The notes under the pieces: model-generated
Told to the model about the DNA's origin: nothing
Seen by the model: only the letters and a program-made list of their open reading frames with translations
Databases searched by the model: none
Shown here: positions 16,684 to 26,615 of the stretch, one piece after another
Position numbering within the stretch: position 1 is the stretch's first letter
How the letters are laid out: every line of letters begins with the position of its first letter
Position numbers and translations under genes: made by a program
Source of the DNA: Bacteroidales bacterium
GTDB lineage: Bacteria > Bacteroidota > Bacteroidia > Bacteroidales > FEN-979
Assembly (NCBI GenBank): GCA_036796175.1
Contig: DAIRDK010000001.1
Location: forward strand, 1 to 57,737
Direction of reading: 5' to 3'
DNA length: 57,737 bases

Positions 16684-17163
16684 CTAATCCTTGGGCTTGA
16701 TCACCGGGCTTTCGTTATCACATACATCCGGGCATGGGCCAACACCTGTGCCCGGTGTTGTGTAAATGGTTGATGTGTTGTCATCCCCCGAGCCATCGAC
16801 GCCAACCACGATTCCGACATCGGTAGGATCGCCAAAAACACCCATATAGACCCTGAATCCTTTGATATTAGTATCGGCCGCTGCGATCAGGTTCATCGCG
16901 TTGAGCGCTTCCAGGTTCAGGTTGAATCCTTTGAACACGCCGACCGTATCGGGATGTTCCATATAACAGTTGAAATAAGCCCTTGCTGTATCAGCAGAGA
17001 TCTTTTTGACTGCATCCATTTGCTTAAGACAAATGACCGCGCATTTTTCTTTGCAGGAGGTTTTGCATGAACTTCCGCAGCAGCACCAGATCCAGCAGGC
17101 TGCAATGCTAATCAGGATACCGATCACAATACCCAAAACCAACCAGGCGATTTTGTTTTTCAT
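16684..17163 (-). CDS. hypothetical membrane-anchored protein with a juxtamembrane cysteine ladder
   Basis: N-terminal TM followed by CWIWCCCGSSCKTSCKEKCAVIC (8 Cys, five of them at C-x3-C spacing). I do not recognise the C-terminal ~110 aa. Confidence 0.6.
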   Translation of the reverse strand: MKNKIAWLVLGIVIGILISIAACWIWCCCGSSCKTSCKEKCAVICLKQMDAVKKISADTARAYFNCYMEHPDTVGVFKGFNLNLEALNAMNLIAAADTNIKGFRVYMGVFGDPTDVGIVVGVDGSGDDNTSTIYTTPGTGVGPCPDVCDNESPVIKPKD

Positions 17164-17208
17164 GGGTTTTGATGTTAGGGTTTTAAAATGAAATGACGGG
17201 GTATATAT

Positions 17209-17290
17209 GGTAACAGGGTGACAGGGTAACAGGGTGACAGGGTAACAGGGTGACAGGGTAACAGGGTGACAAGGTAACAGGGTGACAGGG
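17209..17290. repeat. about 10 tandem octamers GGT[AG]ACAG
   Basis: Read directly. The array abuts the DUF1846 stop codon and ends 46 nt upstream of the start of the cysteine-ladder gene. Confidence 0.95.
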
Positions 17291-18808
17291 TTAAGTAATG
17301 AATAGACTTTTTGAAGAAAAATCGGGGTCGGTGGTGAGGTTTACGCCCAGTTTCCGGAACCCTGCTTCATCGCCCGGGGTCGGAATGTGCGTCATGTGAA
17401 CTTCGCAACCGCGGAGCTTTTTCAGGCAGGTTACGGCCTTTTGGGCCGCTGGATTCAGGTTGGCGCTGATACTCAATGCGATCAGGGTTTCGTCCACATC
17501 GAGGCTGATCATCTTTCGATTCAGGATATCCTGTTTGAGGTAGGTCAGCGAGGCGATCACGTTTTCGGGGATCAGGTGCTGATGGTCGGGAATGCCTGAC
17601 AGGTGCTTGGCCGCGTTCAGGACCAGGCTGGACCCGGCATGGACGAGCGGAGAATTTTTCCCGGTGATGATCGTACCGTCCTCAAGGAGCACGGACGCAC
17701 CGCAGAAGATCCCTTCGTTTCCCTTCCCTTTTTCCCTGGCTTCCAATGCAGCCTGCCTGGCCGGCCGAACGACAGGACGGTCCTCAACCCGGGCATCGAT
17801 CCGTTTCATGATCATTTCTGCCCGCTCCAGGGTCTCCTTCTCCGCGACACCCATAGCATACTCGGCGGCGCACCGGAAATAACGCCGTATGATCTCCTGG
17901 TGGGCCGCTTCCTGGACTACCGAATCATCGGTAATGCCGAACCCGGCCCGGTTGACACCCATGTCGGTCGGGGACTTATAAAAGGATTCTTCCCCGGTGA
18001 TCTTTTCGATGATTTTTTTAAGAAGAGGGAACGCCTCTACGTCACGGTTGTAGTTGACAGAGGTTTTCCCGTATGCCTCCAAGTGGTGCGGATCGATCAT
18101 GTTATAATCTTTCAGATCGACGGTAGCCGCTTCGTATGCTACATTCACCTTATGGCTGAGCGGCAGGTTCCAGATGGGGAAGGTCTCGAACTTGGCATAC
18201 CCGGCCTTCACACCTCGTTTGTATTCGTGGTAAAGCTGCCCGAGGCAAGTAGCCAGTTTGCCGCTTCCGGGTCCGGGGCCGGTCACGATGACGATTGGTT
18301 TCGTGGTCACGATGTATTCATTCGCGCCGTAACCCTCATCACTGACGATCAGGTCAATATCGGTTGGATATCCGCGTGTGAAATTGTGGGTATGGACTCT
18401 GACGCCCCTGCGCTCAAGCTTGTTTTTAAAGGCCCTGGCTGAAGGTTGTGCCATATAACGGGTTATAACAACCGCAGAGATCTCGATGCCCCATTCGCGG
18501 AAATCATCAATCGTCTTCATGGAATCGGCATCGTATGTGATCCCGAAATCGGCCCGGATTTTTTTGCGCTCGATATCCCCTGCATGAATGCAAAGGATGA
18601 CATCAATCTTGTCCTTCAGCTTCTGCAGCAGCCGCATCTTCACATTGGGATCGAACCCGGGCAGCACGCGGGCGGCATGAAAGTCAAACAGGATCTTGCC
18701 TCCGAACTCAAGGTACAGCTTGTCGTTAAAGCGATGGACCCGGTCAAGGATCTCTTTGGATTGTTCTTCGAGGTATTTCTCGTTGTTGAAGCCTGTTTTA
18801 TCCGGCAT
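17291..18808 (-). CDS. DUF1846 (UPF0371) family protein
   Basis: 505 aa with the characteristic N-terminus [18 protein letters not shown]...[25 protein letters not shown]. Confidence 0.8.
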   Translation of the reverse strand: MPDKTGFNNEKYLEEQSKEILDRVHRFNDKLYLEFGGKILFDFHAARVLPGFDPNVKMRLLQKLKDKIDVILCIHAGDIERKKIRADFGITYDADSMKTIDDFREWGIEISAVVITRYMAQPSARAFKNKLERRGVRVHTHNFTRGYPTDIDLIVSDEGYGANEYIVTTKPIVIVTGPGPGSGKLATCLGQLYHEYKRGVKAGYAKFETFPIWNLPLSHKVNVAYEAATVDLKDYNMIDPHHLEAYGKTSVNYNRDVEAFPLLKKIIEKITGEESFYKSPTDMGVNRAGFGITDDSVVQEAAHQEIIRRYFRCAAEYAMGVAEKETLERAEMIMKRIDARVEDRPVVRPARQAALEAREKGKGNEGIFCGASVLLEDGTIITGKNSPLVHAGSSLVLNAAKHLSGIPDHQHLIPENVIASLTYLKQDILNRKMISLDVDETLIALSISANLNPAAQKAVTCLKKLRGCEVHMTHIPTPGDEAGFRKLGVNLTTDPDFSSKSLFIT

Positions 18809-19508
18809 ATGGGTCTTTTCTTTCTTGGACGAGTATGGTCAGGGAATGCGATGACACGGACAGATATCTTAGGAGCGCATAAATGAAGATCGAGATCCCG
18901 GTCATCTCCAGGAATTCCTCCACCGCCACGTACAGGTCGTACATGAGATTTGACGTTCCGTGCGTCGCTTCATAACGGCCCTCGAACATCTCAATAACGA
19001 CGGCCCCGGAAATGAAGATGATGCCTCCAATTACGAAGAACGTCACGACAGATCCCGGGAGCCTCCGCAGGAACGGAAGATAAAGAACCGCTCCTGCAAT
19101 CGCGGCGAGGCCATATGGGATCACCCAGGCATTATAAAAAATACCTGACAGGTTGAACACCCGTTTGATGGTGTTGATCAACATCTCATGGATCATGGCT
19201 GCTTCATCCACGGACAGAAACAGGAAAACGGCCGAAAGGATACTCCAGGCCAGGAAATCACGCGGAGAGTTCCTTTGTGATATCGCGATCACGAAGAGCA
19301 AGAGGGAAGATAACAACAGGATCAGCGAGGAAAACCAGGAAGGAATATTCGCTTCCCCATCCAGATCGAATAACCGGACCACATTGTTGATCTGCCTGCT
19401 GTCGAATGTATATTTCAGGTAACTGCCCGTAATCCCCGCAATCACCAGCAGGACAGTTCCCGCAAGCAGAATGGTCAGGACCCATTTAGGGGAAACGGTT
19501 AGTTTCAT
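18798..19508 (-). CDS. polytopic membrane protein, unknown function
   Basis: 236 aa with about 6 hydrophobic helices. Its 3' end overlaps the DUF1846 start by 11 nt. Confidence 0.6.
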   Translation of the reverse strand: MKLTVSPKWVLTILLAGTVLLVIAGITGSYLKYTFDSRQINNVVRLFDLDGEANIPSWFSSLILLLSSLLLFVIAISQRNSPRDFLAWSILSAVFLFLSVDEAAMIHEMLINTIKRVFNLSGIFYNAWVIPYGLAAIAGAVLYLPFLRRLPGSVVTFFVIGGIIFISGAVVIEMFEGRYEATHGTSNLMYDLYVAVEEFLEMTGISIFIYALLRYLSVSSHSLTILVQERKDPYAG

Positions 19509-19555
19509 GCAGGGAGGGCTATGTTTATTTCATTCGTTGTAAAAATAATACAATT

Positions 19556-20971
19556 TTATTTTTTACCCAGGTCCCGGAGAACTTTTGCAGCGTTATCATT
19601 GGCCGGGTTCAATTGCAGGGACTTTTTGTAATTCTCAGCCGCCTGTTTCTTATCCCCCTGTTTCAGGTACGCCTCACCAAGGCTGTCATAGGCATTGGCG
19701 GATCCGGGGTAGGTTTTCACATTGTACCTGAATACCGCAATGGCCATGTTCAACCTATCCTGATTCAGGTACTGATAGCCCAGGTCATTGATGAAGTCCT
19801 CCCCGACGATCCCGTTCCTGACTCCGTTATCAAGTGCTTCACTGATGGATGCTTCCGCCTCTGACTTCTTCCCCTGGTCCATCAATTGTCCGGCCTGGTC
19901 AAGTGTTGCCCTGGACTCTTTGTATGCACCTATCATTGCGTCCAGTGTTCTTTCGCGGTATTGTTTCGCATCCACAAGCGCTTTTTCAAGAGCTGTTTCC
20001 AGCGCTTGGTCAGCCGGCACTTCAATATCGGGCCGGACTCCCGTACCTTCCCAGTTGGTACCGGTGACCGGATTGATCGCCCGCCCGGTGGGAATGAACA
20101 TCACGAGGTCCTTGCAGACCGGGAACATTCCCCCCGGGTTGGCTCCGCCGCCCGTGACTTCGCCCACGAGCGTGGCCCGCTTCCGCGTCTGCATGTTGTA
20201 ACAGAATTCCTCTCCGCCCGAGAAGGTGCGATTGCTGGTAAGGATATACAGCGGAATATCAACCATTTTCTTCCCCTCAATCTGGTCGTAAGTCCAGAAT
20301 TCCTGGGTTCGGTCGCCCTTTCTCCAGTACAGGCTGTTCAGGTGCGTGGGCTGATCAAAGAAATAACTGCATATATACTGGATCAGGTCAGGATTTCCAC
20401 CCCCGTTCTTTCTCAGGTCAAAAATGATCACATAGGCATTGGAAAGGAACTTCATGGCTGCCGTGGCGGTTTCCTTACCGGCTGCAAGCGGGACGAAGCC
20501 CCGAAGGTCGATATAGCCGATATTTCCTTCCAATATCTCAGTTTTGATAAAGGCGTTGTTCCACTCCTTCATCTCTTGTTGCTGAAGGATCGCATCCAGG
20601 ACCGGATCATCCTGGTCAGCGCCAGCCATCGAAGGTGGGGCCAGCCTGACCCTCATGTGCCTGTCGTGGCTGACCGACTGCATGTCCGTGGTCATCACTT
20701 TCGTAAACACCTTCGGATCATCAATGGTATCATAAGCCCCGTCATTTAGTTTCTCTGAAAGATAGCTCCCGATTTTCACGGCAATATCCGGAAATACATA
20801 GTTGTCATTCAACAGGACTGTCGCATTTTTAATGAAGAGGGTTTTATCTTCCTTCGTCAGCAACTGACTTGTGCTGTCGCCGGTTTTCGCATCCGGATGC
20901 CGTGCAAAACATGCACTTATGGCAAAGAACAGGAATATCAGACCTGTTCCGGTGATCATCATGGTTTTCAT
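19556..20971 (-). CDS. S41-family peptidase (IRBP/tail-specific-protease-like) with a C-terminal TPR region
   Basis: Signal peptide, an S41 core (DLRKNGGGNP, SNRTFSGGEEF), and a C-terminal TPR (AYDSLGEAYLKQGDKKQAAENYKKSLQLNP). Confidence 0.8.
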   Translation of the reverse strand: MKTMMITGTGLIFLFFAISACFARHPDAKTGDSTSQLLTKEDKTLFIKNATVLLNDNYVFPDIAVKIGSYLSEKLNDGAYDTIDDPKVFTKVMTTDMQSVSHDRHMRVRLAPPSMAGADQDDPVLDAILQQQEMKEWNNAFIKTEILEGNIGYIDLRGFVPLAAGKETATAAMKFLSNAYVIIFDLRKNGGGNPDLIQYICSYFFDQPTHLNSLYWRKGDRTQEFWTYDQIEGKKMVDIPLYILTSNRTFSGGEEFCYNMQTRKRATLVGEVTGGGANPGGMFPVCKDLVMFIPTGRAINPVTGTNWEGTGVRPDIEVPADQALETALEKALVDAKQYRERTLDAMIGAYKESRATLDQAGQLMDQGKKSEAEASISEALDNGVRNGIVGEDFINDLGYQYLNQDRLNMAIAVFRYNVKTYPGSANAYDSLGEAYLKQGDKKQAAENYKKSLQLNPANDNAAKVLRDLGKK

Positions 20972-21078
20972 GGCGGTAAGGATTAATGATCCTAAAATAA
21001 AGCACTATTGTACACAAAATCAAAGAGAATCTGTGAACCGGGCGATGTTCTCGATCATTGGCAGGATCAGGGGAACGA

Positions 21079-22416
21079 TCAATCCCCCGTATACAGCTTT
21101 CTTCCCCGGGTTTCGGGGAATGTCCAGATCCATGCCCCGGTCAGCAGAGCGAACAGGGCGGCCAGTGAAATGCCCCCTCCCAGCCCGAACCTGACGGCGA
21201 TAACCGTGATCATGACCGGTGTGAGGAACTGGATGCCCCGCGCCAGGTTGAACGCCGAGCCCATGGCTGTACTGCGGATGGATGTAGGAAAGATTTCAGA
21301 GAACAGTGAACCGAATCCACCGAACATCCCGGTACCAAACCCTACCATGAACATAAATCCGAGGATGACCGGGGGCATGTACGCGATGGTATCCCAAAAG
21401 ATGGTCACCATGACCAGTCCAAGGGCCATGATTACCGAATAGATGCTATAGGCAGGCCGTCTTCCCAGCCGGTCAGCCACAAATCCGAACAACAGGTATC
21501 CCAGGAAACCGCCAGTTTGTGTCACTAATATCCAAAACGCCGATTTAGTCAGTGTAAAATGTCGTTCTGTATGCAAGTAACCGGGCATCCAGGAGTAGGT
21601 GAGCCAGTAAGCCGACATGTCGAAGATTGCCAGCACGAGCCCAAGCAGGAAATATTTCCTGTTTTGATCCGAAAACAGTTCCAGGACAAGATTCAGGCTT
21701 CGTGAGCCCCGCTTCAGGAGTGATGAGGCTCCCTGCACATGCATGTTCTTACGCTGCAGCCAGAGATCTGATTCAGGCAGCCTTTTCCTGATGTACAACA
21801 CCATGAGTGCCGGCAGGAGGGAAACATAGAAACAAGCGCGCCACCCGATCGTGGGCATGAGCAACCCACCGATGATTGAAGCAAGGGCAATCCCCAGCGG
21901 AGCACCGGTCTGCATCAAGGCGCAATAGCGGCCACGCACTTGGGCAGGGAATGTCTCCCCGATATAAGTTTGCCCGGTTCCCCATTCGCCACCGACACCC
22001 AGGCCGGTCATGATCCGGAAGACCATCAGGAGCCAGAAGCTTCCTGCTAATCCCGACAGGGCGGTACCCACTGAATAGGTCAGGATGGTCCACTGCAAGG
22101 TGATTTTCCTGCCGAACCGGTCCGAAAGAATCCCGAAAATCAACCCTCCAATGGCAGTCGCCGCAAGAGAAGCCCCAAGGATGTAAGACATCTGCAGGTT
22201 GGTGAAGTGATACTCGGCGGCTATCGGAATCATCAGAAAGGTGAACAGGATCAGGTCATAGAAATCAAAGACCCATCCTGCCCACGACATGACCAGGATC
22301 CGTCGGTGAACCGGCGTGATATGGGTCGCTTCATTCAATAATGGCAACGCAGGAGATTTTATATTCCCGGTATTCGGTTCATCCATAAGGCCGGGGTCAG
22401 GGTTGTTCGATATCAC
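21079..22416 (-). CDS. MFS transporter
   Basis: 445 aa with 12 TM-like segments and the MFS loop motif GILSDRFGRK. Confidence 0.85.
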   Translation of the reverse strand: MISNNPDPGLMDEPNTGNIKSPALPLLNEATHITPVHRRILVMSWAGWVFDFYDLILFTFLMIPIAAEYHFTNLQMSYILGASLAATAIGGLIFGILSDRFGRKITLQWTILTYSVGTALSGLAGSFWLLMVFRIMTGLGVGGEWGTGQTYIGETFPAQVRGRYCALMQTGAPLGIALASIIGGLLMPTIGWRACFYVSLLPALMVLYIRKRLPESDLWLQRKNMHVQGASSLLKRGSRSLNLVLELFSDQNRKYFLLGLVLAIFDMSAYWLTYSWMPGYLHTERHFTLTKSAFWILVTQTGGFLGYLLFGFVADRLGRRPAYSIYSVIMALGLVMVTIFWDTIAYMPPVILGFMFMVGFGTGMFGGFGSLFSEIFPTSIRSTAMGSAFNLARGIQFLTPVMITVIAVRFGLGGGISLAALFALLTGAWIWTFPETRGRKLYTGD

Positions 22417-22828
22417 ATTGGATCCCCATTTTCTGACAGACCAGGATTATCGCCTGCACGGCGTGGTCAGTGGCTTTTTTCGGCTGATCTTCAGCATGCG
22501 GAGCGGCCACAGTGATCTGCGTAAGCCCATTATTCAACGAATCCACTTTCATGGATATGGTCGTCATGCCGTTACTGTATTCCACGAACCGGGTATCGGG
22601 TTCCCTCTTAAGGATTTTGATCTCCTTGCCGGAACTCAGTGTATCGATCACGGCCTGGTACACTTTGTATGTCCTGGCATCAAGAATTACTGTAGCCACG
22701 TCGGTCTGGCTGGTATGCATTCCCCGGATCTTACGGGCCAGGGTTACCCATTGTGCCTGTCCGGGCAAAGTAAACGCAACCATCATACAGGTCACAAATC
22801 CGGCAAGCAGGAATTTAGTTGTTTTCAT
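22397..22828 (-). CDS. small secreted hypothetical protein
   Basis: 143 aa with a signal peptide. It overlaps both neighbours (20 nt and 4 nt), which implies translational coupling. Confidence 0.5.
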   Translation of the reverse strand: MKTTKFLLAGFVTCMMVAFTLPGQAQWVTLARKIRGMHTSQTDVATVILDARTYKVYQAVIDTLSSGKEIKILKREPDTRFVEYSNGMTTISMKVDSLNNGLTQITVAAPHAEDQPKKATDHAVQAIILVCQKMGIQCDIEQP

Positions 22829-24657
22829 TGCAGGGGTTTATGTTCACAGAATTCGTCAATTAATCCAATGGCTTGTTCGCTTCCCAGCCGCGCTGCTTCC
22901 TGCCAGTCAGTGCAGGCACGTGCCGTATCGTTCATCATCAGATGGACAAGTCCCCGGTTGAGGTACGCCTGGGGATAGTTCCCGTTGATCCTGAGACAGC
23001 TGTCGAAATCCTGCATGGCAGCAGAATAGTCTTTCATCTGGTATTTCAGGACACCTCGTTCACTGTAACCCTGGTAATAATCCGGGGAGATCCTCAACGC
23101 AACATCCCACTCCCCGATCGCCTCCTGCTTCTGGCCCAGCATCGCCTTGATCACGGCCAGGTTCTTACGGGCAATAAAGAGATCCGGATCAAGCCTGGCC
23201 GCTGCATCCAGGTCAGCCAGGGCCCCTGTGGTGTCCCCGAGCGCCTGTCTGCAGATTCCACGGTTCACGAGCGCTTTCGGGTAATTGGGGCGGATGGACA
23301 GCGCCTGGTCAAAATCCTTCATCGCCCTGGAATAGTCCTTGTCATACAGAGCGGTTATCTCTCCCCGGTTGAACAGGGCAACTGCAGATCCAGGGTTCGT
23401 TTCGACTGCCCGATCGTAAAATGTTCCCGGATTCGCATAGTTCGATGCATAGACCCGGGCATAAATTCCATATCCAATGCATACCAGGAGGATGACAACT
23501 GCCAGTGATGACTGTTTTCGGGTTTCGGTCCATCTCAGGACAATAAAATACACAACGATCATGATCCCGATCATCGGGAGGTAGGACCGGTGCTCGAGAT
23601 AATCATAGGCGTCATTACCCATGGGGTGACTGTACATCATCCCCGGAATTAGGAACAGAAGGAACCAGCCAGCGCCGAACCAGATCCATTTCATGGAACC
23701 CGGTCCGTATCTTACCACCAGGAAAACCAGCACACCAATGAGAAACAGCCCGGACAGCGTATGGAACCACCCGAACGCCGGCATGGGAGAAAGGCCGAAC
23801 GGCAGGAAGAATTTGGAGATGAACTCGGGGATCGTGCGGAGATTGTTCAGCAATGGCAATACGCCGAAAACAGCCGATGGAACGGCAATATCGACCACCC
23901 GGCTGCGCAGGAACAGGTAACTCCCGATAATCAGCATATAGCATACAAGAGGAAGAACCAGGCCGTGTATAGAGACTTTCCGTTCCCCGGCAGGTAATAA
24001 AAACCATATACCCAGGAACACAGCCGGGAACAGCAGGGCGGTTTCCTTCGAAAATACAGCCAGCAGAAAAGCGGCCAGGTGGATAACCAGGAACAGGATG
24101 TTCCGGTCCCGGATATAGTTTATCAGACACACCACCGAAAGCATGCCGAACAAGGCGATCAATAGGTCTCCGCGGCTGGGAGCCCATGGAATGGCCTGCA
24201 CGAACAGCGGACTTGCGGCAAAAAATAACGTGACCAGGAGGGCGGTTTTCCTGTCATTTCCGATCTGCACCAGGAACCGGAAGACCAGCATGGAGGTCAG
24301 GGCATGGATCAGCATGTTGGTGAGGTAATACCCCCATGCGGCAGTCCCGCTCAGGTGTGCATCGATCATGAACGAAACATTCTGAAGAGGCCTGTAAAAG
24401 ATGCAGTTTTTAGAGGAAAAGAACGCATCCCTGAAGAATACATTCCCGAGGTTGCCAAAATCCGAAAGTAGTTTCTTATTGACCAGGATGATGTCCGGTT
24501 CATCGAGCTTGCCCAGGTAAAAAGTCAGGGTCTGCCCGTAAACCAGGAAGACCGAAACGGGGATGATGAGATAGATCCAGGGAGCTGAAGTTACAGAGTC
24601 CCAAAACGTGTTCTGAACAGGATGACGTTTGGCTTTAGCGGGTTTCTTTTGCTGCAT
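22825..24657 (-). CDS. polytopic membrane protein with C-terminal TPR repeats (PMT/TMTC-like glycosyltransferase architecture)
   Basis: About 400 aa with many TM helices, followed by about 6 TPR units (NYPKALVNRGICRQALGD and similar). Confidence 0.7.
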   Translation of the reverse strand: MQQKKPAKAKRHPVQNTFWDSVTSAPWIYLIIPVSVFLVYGQTLTFYLGKLDEPDIILVNKKLLSDFGNLGNVFFRDAFFSSKNCIFYRPLQNVSFMIDAHLSGTAAWGYYLTNMLIHALTSMLVFRFLVQIGNDRKTALLVTLFFAASPLFVQAIPWAPSRGDLLIALFGMLSVVCLINYIRDRNILFLVIHLAAFLLAVFSKETALLFPAVFLGIWFLLPAGERKVSIHGLVLPLVCYMLIIGSYLFLRSRVVDIAVPSAVFGVLPLLNNLRTIPEFISKFFLPFGLSPMPAFGWFHTLSGLFLIGVLVFLVVRYGPGSMKWIWFGAGWFLLFLIPGMMYSHPMGNDAYDYLEHRSYLPMIGIMIVVYFIVLRWTETRKQSSLAVVILLVCIGYGIYARVYASNYANPGTFYDRAVETNPGSAVALFNRGEITALYDKDYSRAMKDFDQALSIRPNYPKALVNRGICRQALGDTTGALADLDAAARLDPDLFIARKNLAVIKAMLGQKQEAIGEWDVALRISPDYYQGYSERGVLKYQMKDYSAAMQDFDSCLRINGNYPQAYLNRGLVHLMMNDTARACTDWQEAARLGSEQAIGLIDEFCEHKPLQ

Positions 24658-24664
24658 TCGTATG

Positions 24665-26113
24665 CTATCTTGTATCTTCCGGCGACTTCACAAGCCTGAT
24701 GGGTTGACCCTGTCCTGGGCCGCTCGTGAACGAAACGGTGAGCAAATATACACCCGGTTTGAGTGATTCCGTATTCAGAAAAAATTCTTCCCCCGGTGCT
24801 CTGCCCCGGAATACTATCCTTCCCGAAAGATCGAGAAGAGTGATCACTACCCGGCCCCATTGATCCGAATGAAGGTACACCCGGATGCGGTCATGAAACG
24901 GATTGGGAGTCGCCCATGTTTCTTTCATCCCAGCAGGGTTGTCGAGTCCTGCAGGACCTGAATCGATGACACGGTAAATCGTTCCTGACGAATGACCGGC
25001 CAGGAACAATTCCCCCTGGGCGTTTTCGCCGAACGCGCTGAAATTGTTGCCCGGGAAACAGGCGCTGAGCGTTACCTGCCAGATCCCGTTCACATAAGAC
25101 AACCCCCAGATGCTGTCCTTGCAATAATCGGCAAATAAATACCTGCCCTGTAATCCCGGGAAGTTCGTCCCTCGGTAAACATAACCCCCGGTGACCGACC
25201 AGCAAGGTGATGCATCATGGGCGTAAACGTGGATGGGGAAAACAAGATCCCCGGCAGGGGGACAACCGGTCGTATCATAAGGTACAAATCCTTCATAGCA
25301 TCTCCAGCCGTAATTTTCTCCTCCCGGGGAACCGGCATCCTGCAGGTTGATCTCTTCGTATGTGCCCTGACCAACATCGGCAATCCAGAGATCGCCGGTT
25401 TCCCGGTCGAAGCTGAACCTCCACGGATTGCGCAAACCGTAAGCCCAGATCTCTTCCCTGGCCGGAGGTTGCAGGACAAACGGATTATCCGGTGGGACTG
25501 AATAAGGGGTTCCGTTGTTTACGTCGATCCTCAACATTTTGCCCAGCAACTGGGACAGATCCTGGGCCCGGTTCCCCGGATCCCCTGCCGATCCCCCGTC
25601 CCCTAAGCCGATGTAAAGGTACCCGTCAGGCCCAAACGCCAGATCTCCCCCGTTATGGTTCAGGTAAGGCTGGTAAATCGTCAGCAGTCTGAACTCGCTT
25701 GAAGGGATGGCACTGTCCGGGTCGGTCTCACTTACCGTAAAACGGGAAATACGGGTGCTGTCCCCCGCGCCTGTATAATTCACATAGAAATATGGTGTTT
25801 CCGGATAATCAGGATGGAATGCTATTCCCAGAAATCCTTGTTCGGTGCCGGTCCGTATGACTCGTTCATGGATATCGAGAAATGGCCTGGACCGCATGGT
25901 TCCGACCGAATCCAGGATAACGATGTACCCGTCCTGCTCCGCGACAAACAGCCTGCTGTCGCCTGCACTTTTAATATCCACAGGGTCTGTAAGTCCTGTT
26001 GTAAATGAGCTGAGCCCGAGTTGAGACTGGGGATGCACAGATATCCACATCAGAGTGACAAATCCCAGGAGGACCGGCTTTATCCATTTGTTTATCTGGT
26101 AAATCGTTTTCAT
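24665..26113 (-). CDS. PQQ-dependent (soluble glucose/sorbosone) sugar dehydrogenase with a T9SS C-terminal sorting domain
   Basis: GFLGIAFHPDY, HNGGDLAFGPDGYLYIGLGDGGSAGDP, and GLRNPWRFSFD. A C-terminal ~80-aa T9SS tail is present (PNPFHDRIRVYL...GVYLLTV). Confidence 0.85.
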   Translation of the reverse strand: MKTIYQINKWIKPVLLGFVTLMWISVHPQSQLGLSSFTTGLTDPVDIKSAGDSRLFVAEQDGYIVILDSVGTMRSRPFLDIHERVIRTGTEQGFLGIAFHPDYPETPYFYVNYTGAGDSTRISRFTVSETDPDSAIPSSEFRLLTIYQPYLNHNGGDLAFGPDGYLYIGLGDGGSAGDPGNRAQDLSQLLGKMLRIDVNNGTPYSVPPDNPFVLQPPAREEIWAYGLRNPWRFSFDRETGDLWIADVGQGTYEEINLQDAGSPGGENYGWRCYEGFVPYDTTGCPPAGDLVFPIHVYAHDASPCWSVTGGYVYRGTNFPGLQGRYLFADYCKDSIWGLSYVNGIWQVTLSACFPGNNFSAFGENAQGELFLAGHSSGTIYRVIDSGPAGLDNPAGMKETWATPNPFHDRIRVYLHSDQWGRVVITLLDLSGRIVFRGRAPGEEFFLNTESLKPGVYLLTVSFTSGPGQGQPIRLVKSPEDTR

Positions 26114-26247
26114 CAGGACAGGTTGAAAAATTTTCAGGTTCTGAGTAAAAAAGTCAAAATTAATTTTTATTTAGACCATTTCCAATATATCTTTGTAAAA
26201 ATTCATTTCGAATACACAATGATCGTTTCACCTAAACACTCGATACA

Positions 26248-26592
26248 ATGAAACCACACGACAGTTTCTGGCTCTCTTCCAAGGAGGCGGTGGATCGCAT
26301 CCGGAGGGAAGGGATCGACATGGTCAAGCTATCCACTTACGGTAACCTGACCTTTGAAGTTTACAAACCCAACGGGAGCGACCGGCAGCAGCCTCATGAG
26401 AAGGATGAGATCTATATGGTGATCTCGGGCAAGGGTATCCTGAACTGCAATAACAAGCGCACCAATTGCACCCAGGGTGATATTTTATTCGTTCCTGCCG
26501 GGCTGCCGCATTATTTTGAGAATTTTTCGACCGATTTCTGCACGTGGGCGATATTTTCAGCACCGGCCCCTGTTGAGGAGCTGATCACGTAG
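26248..26592 (+). CDS. cupin domain protein
   Basis: 114 aa. Cupin motifs: HEKDEIYMVISGKG and GDILFVPAGLPH. Confidence 0.75.
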   Translation: MKPHDSFWLSSKEAVDRIRREGIDMVKLSTYGNLTFEVYKPNGSDRQQPHEKDEIYMVISGKGILNCNNKRTNCTQGDILFVPAGLPHYFENFSTDFCTWAIFSAPAPVEELIT

Positions 26593-26615
26593 GTAAATGA
26601 TGATGTGAGATCAAC

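Noticed and set aside
17209-17290. Possible CRISPR array.
   Set aside because: The units are 8 nt and contiguous, with no spacers. No cas genes are in the window. This is a microsatellite-type tandem repeat.
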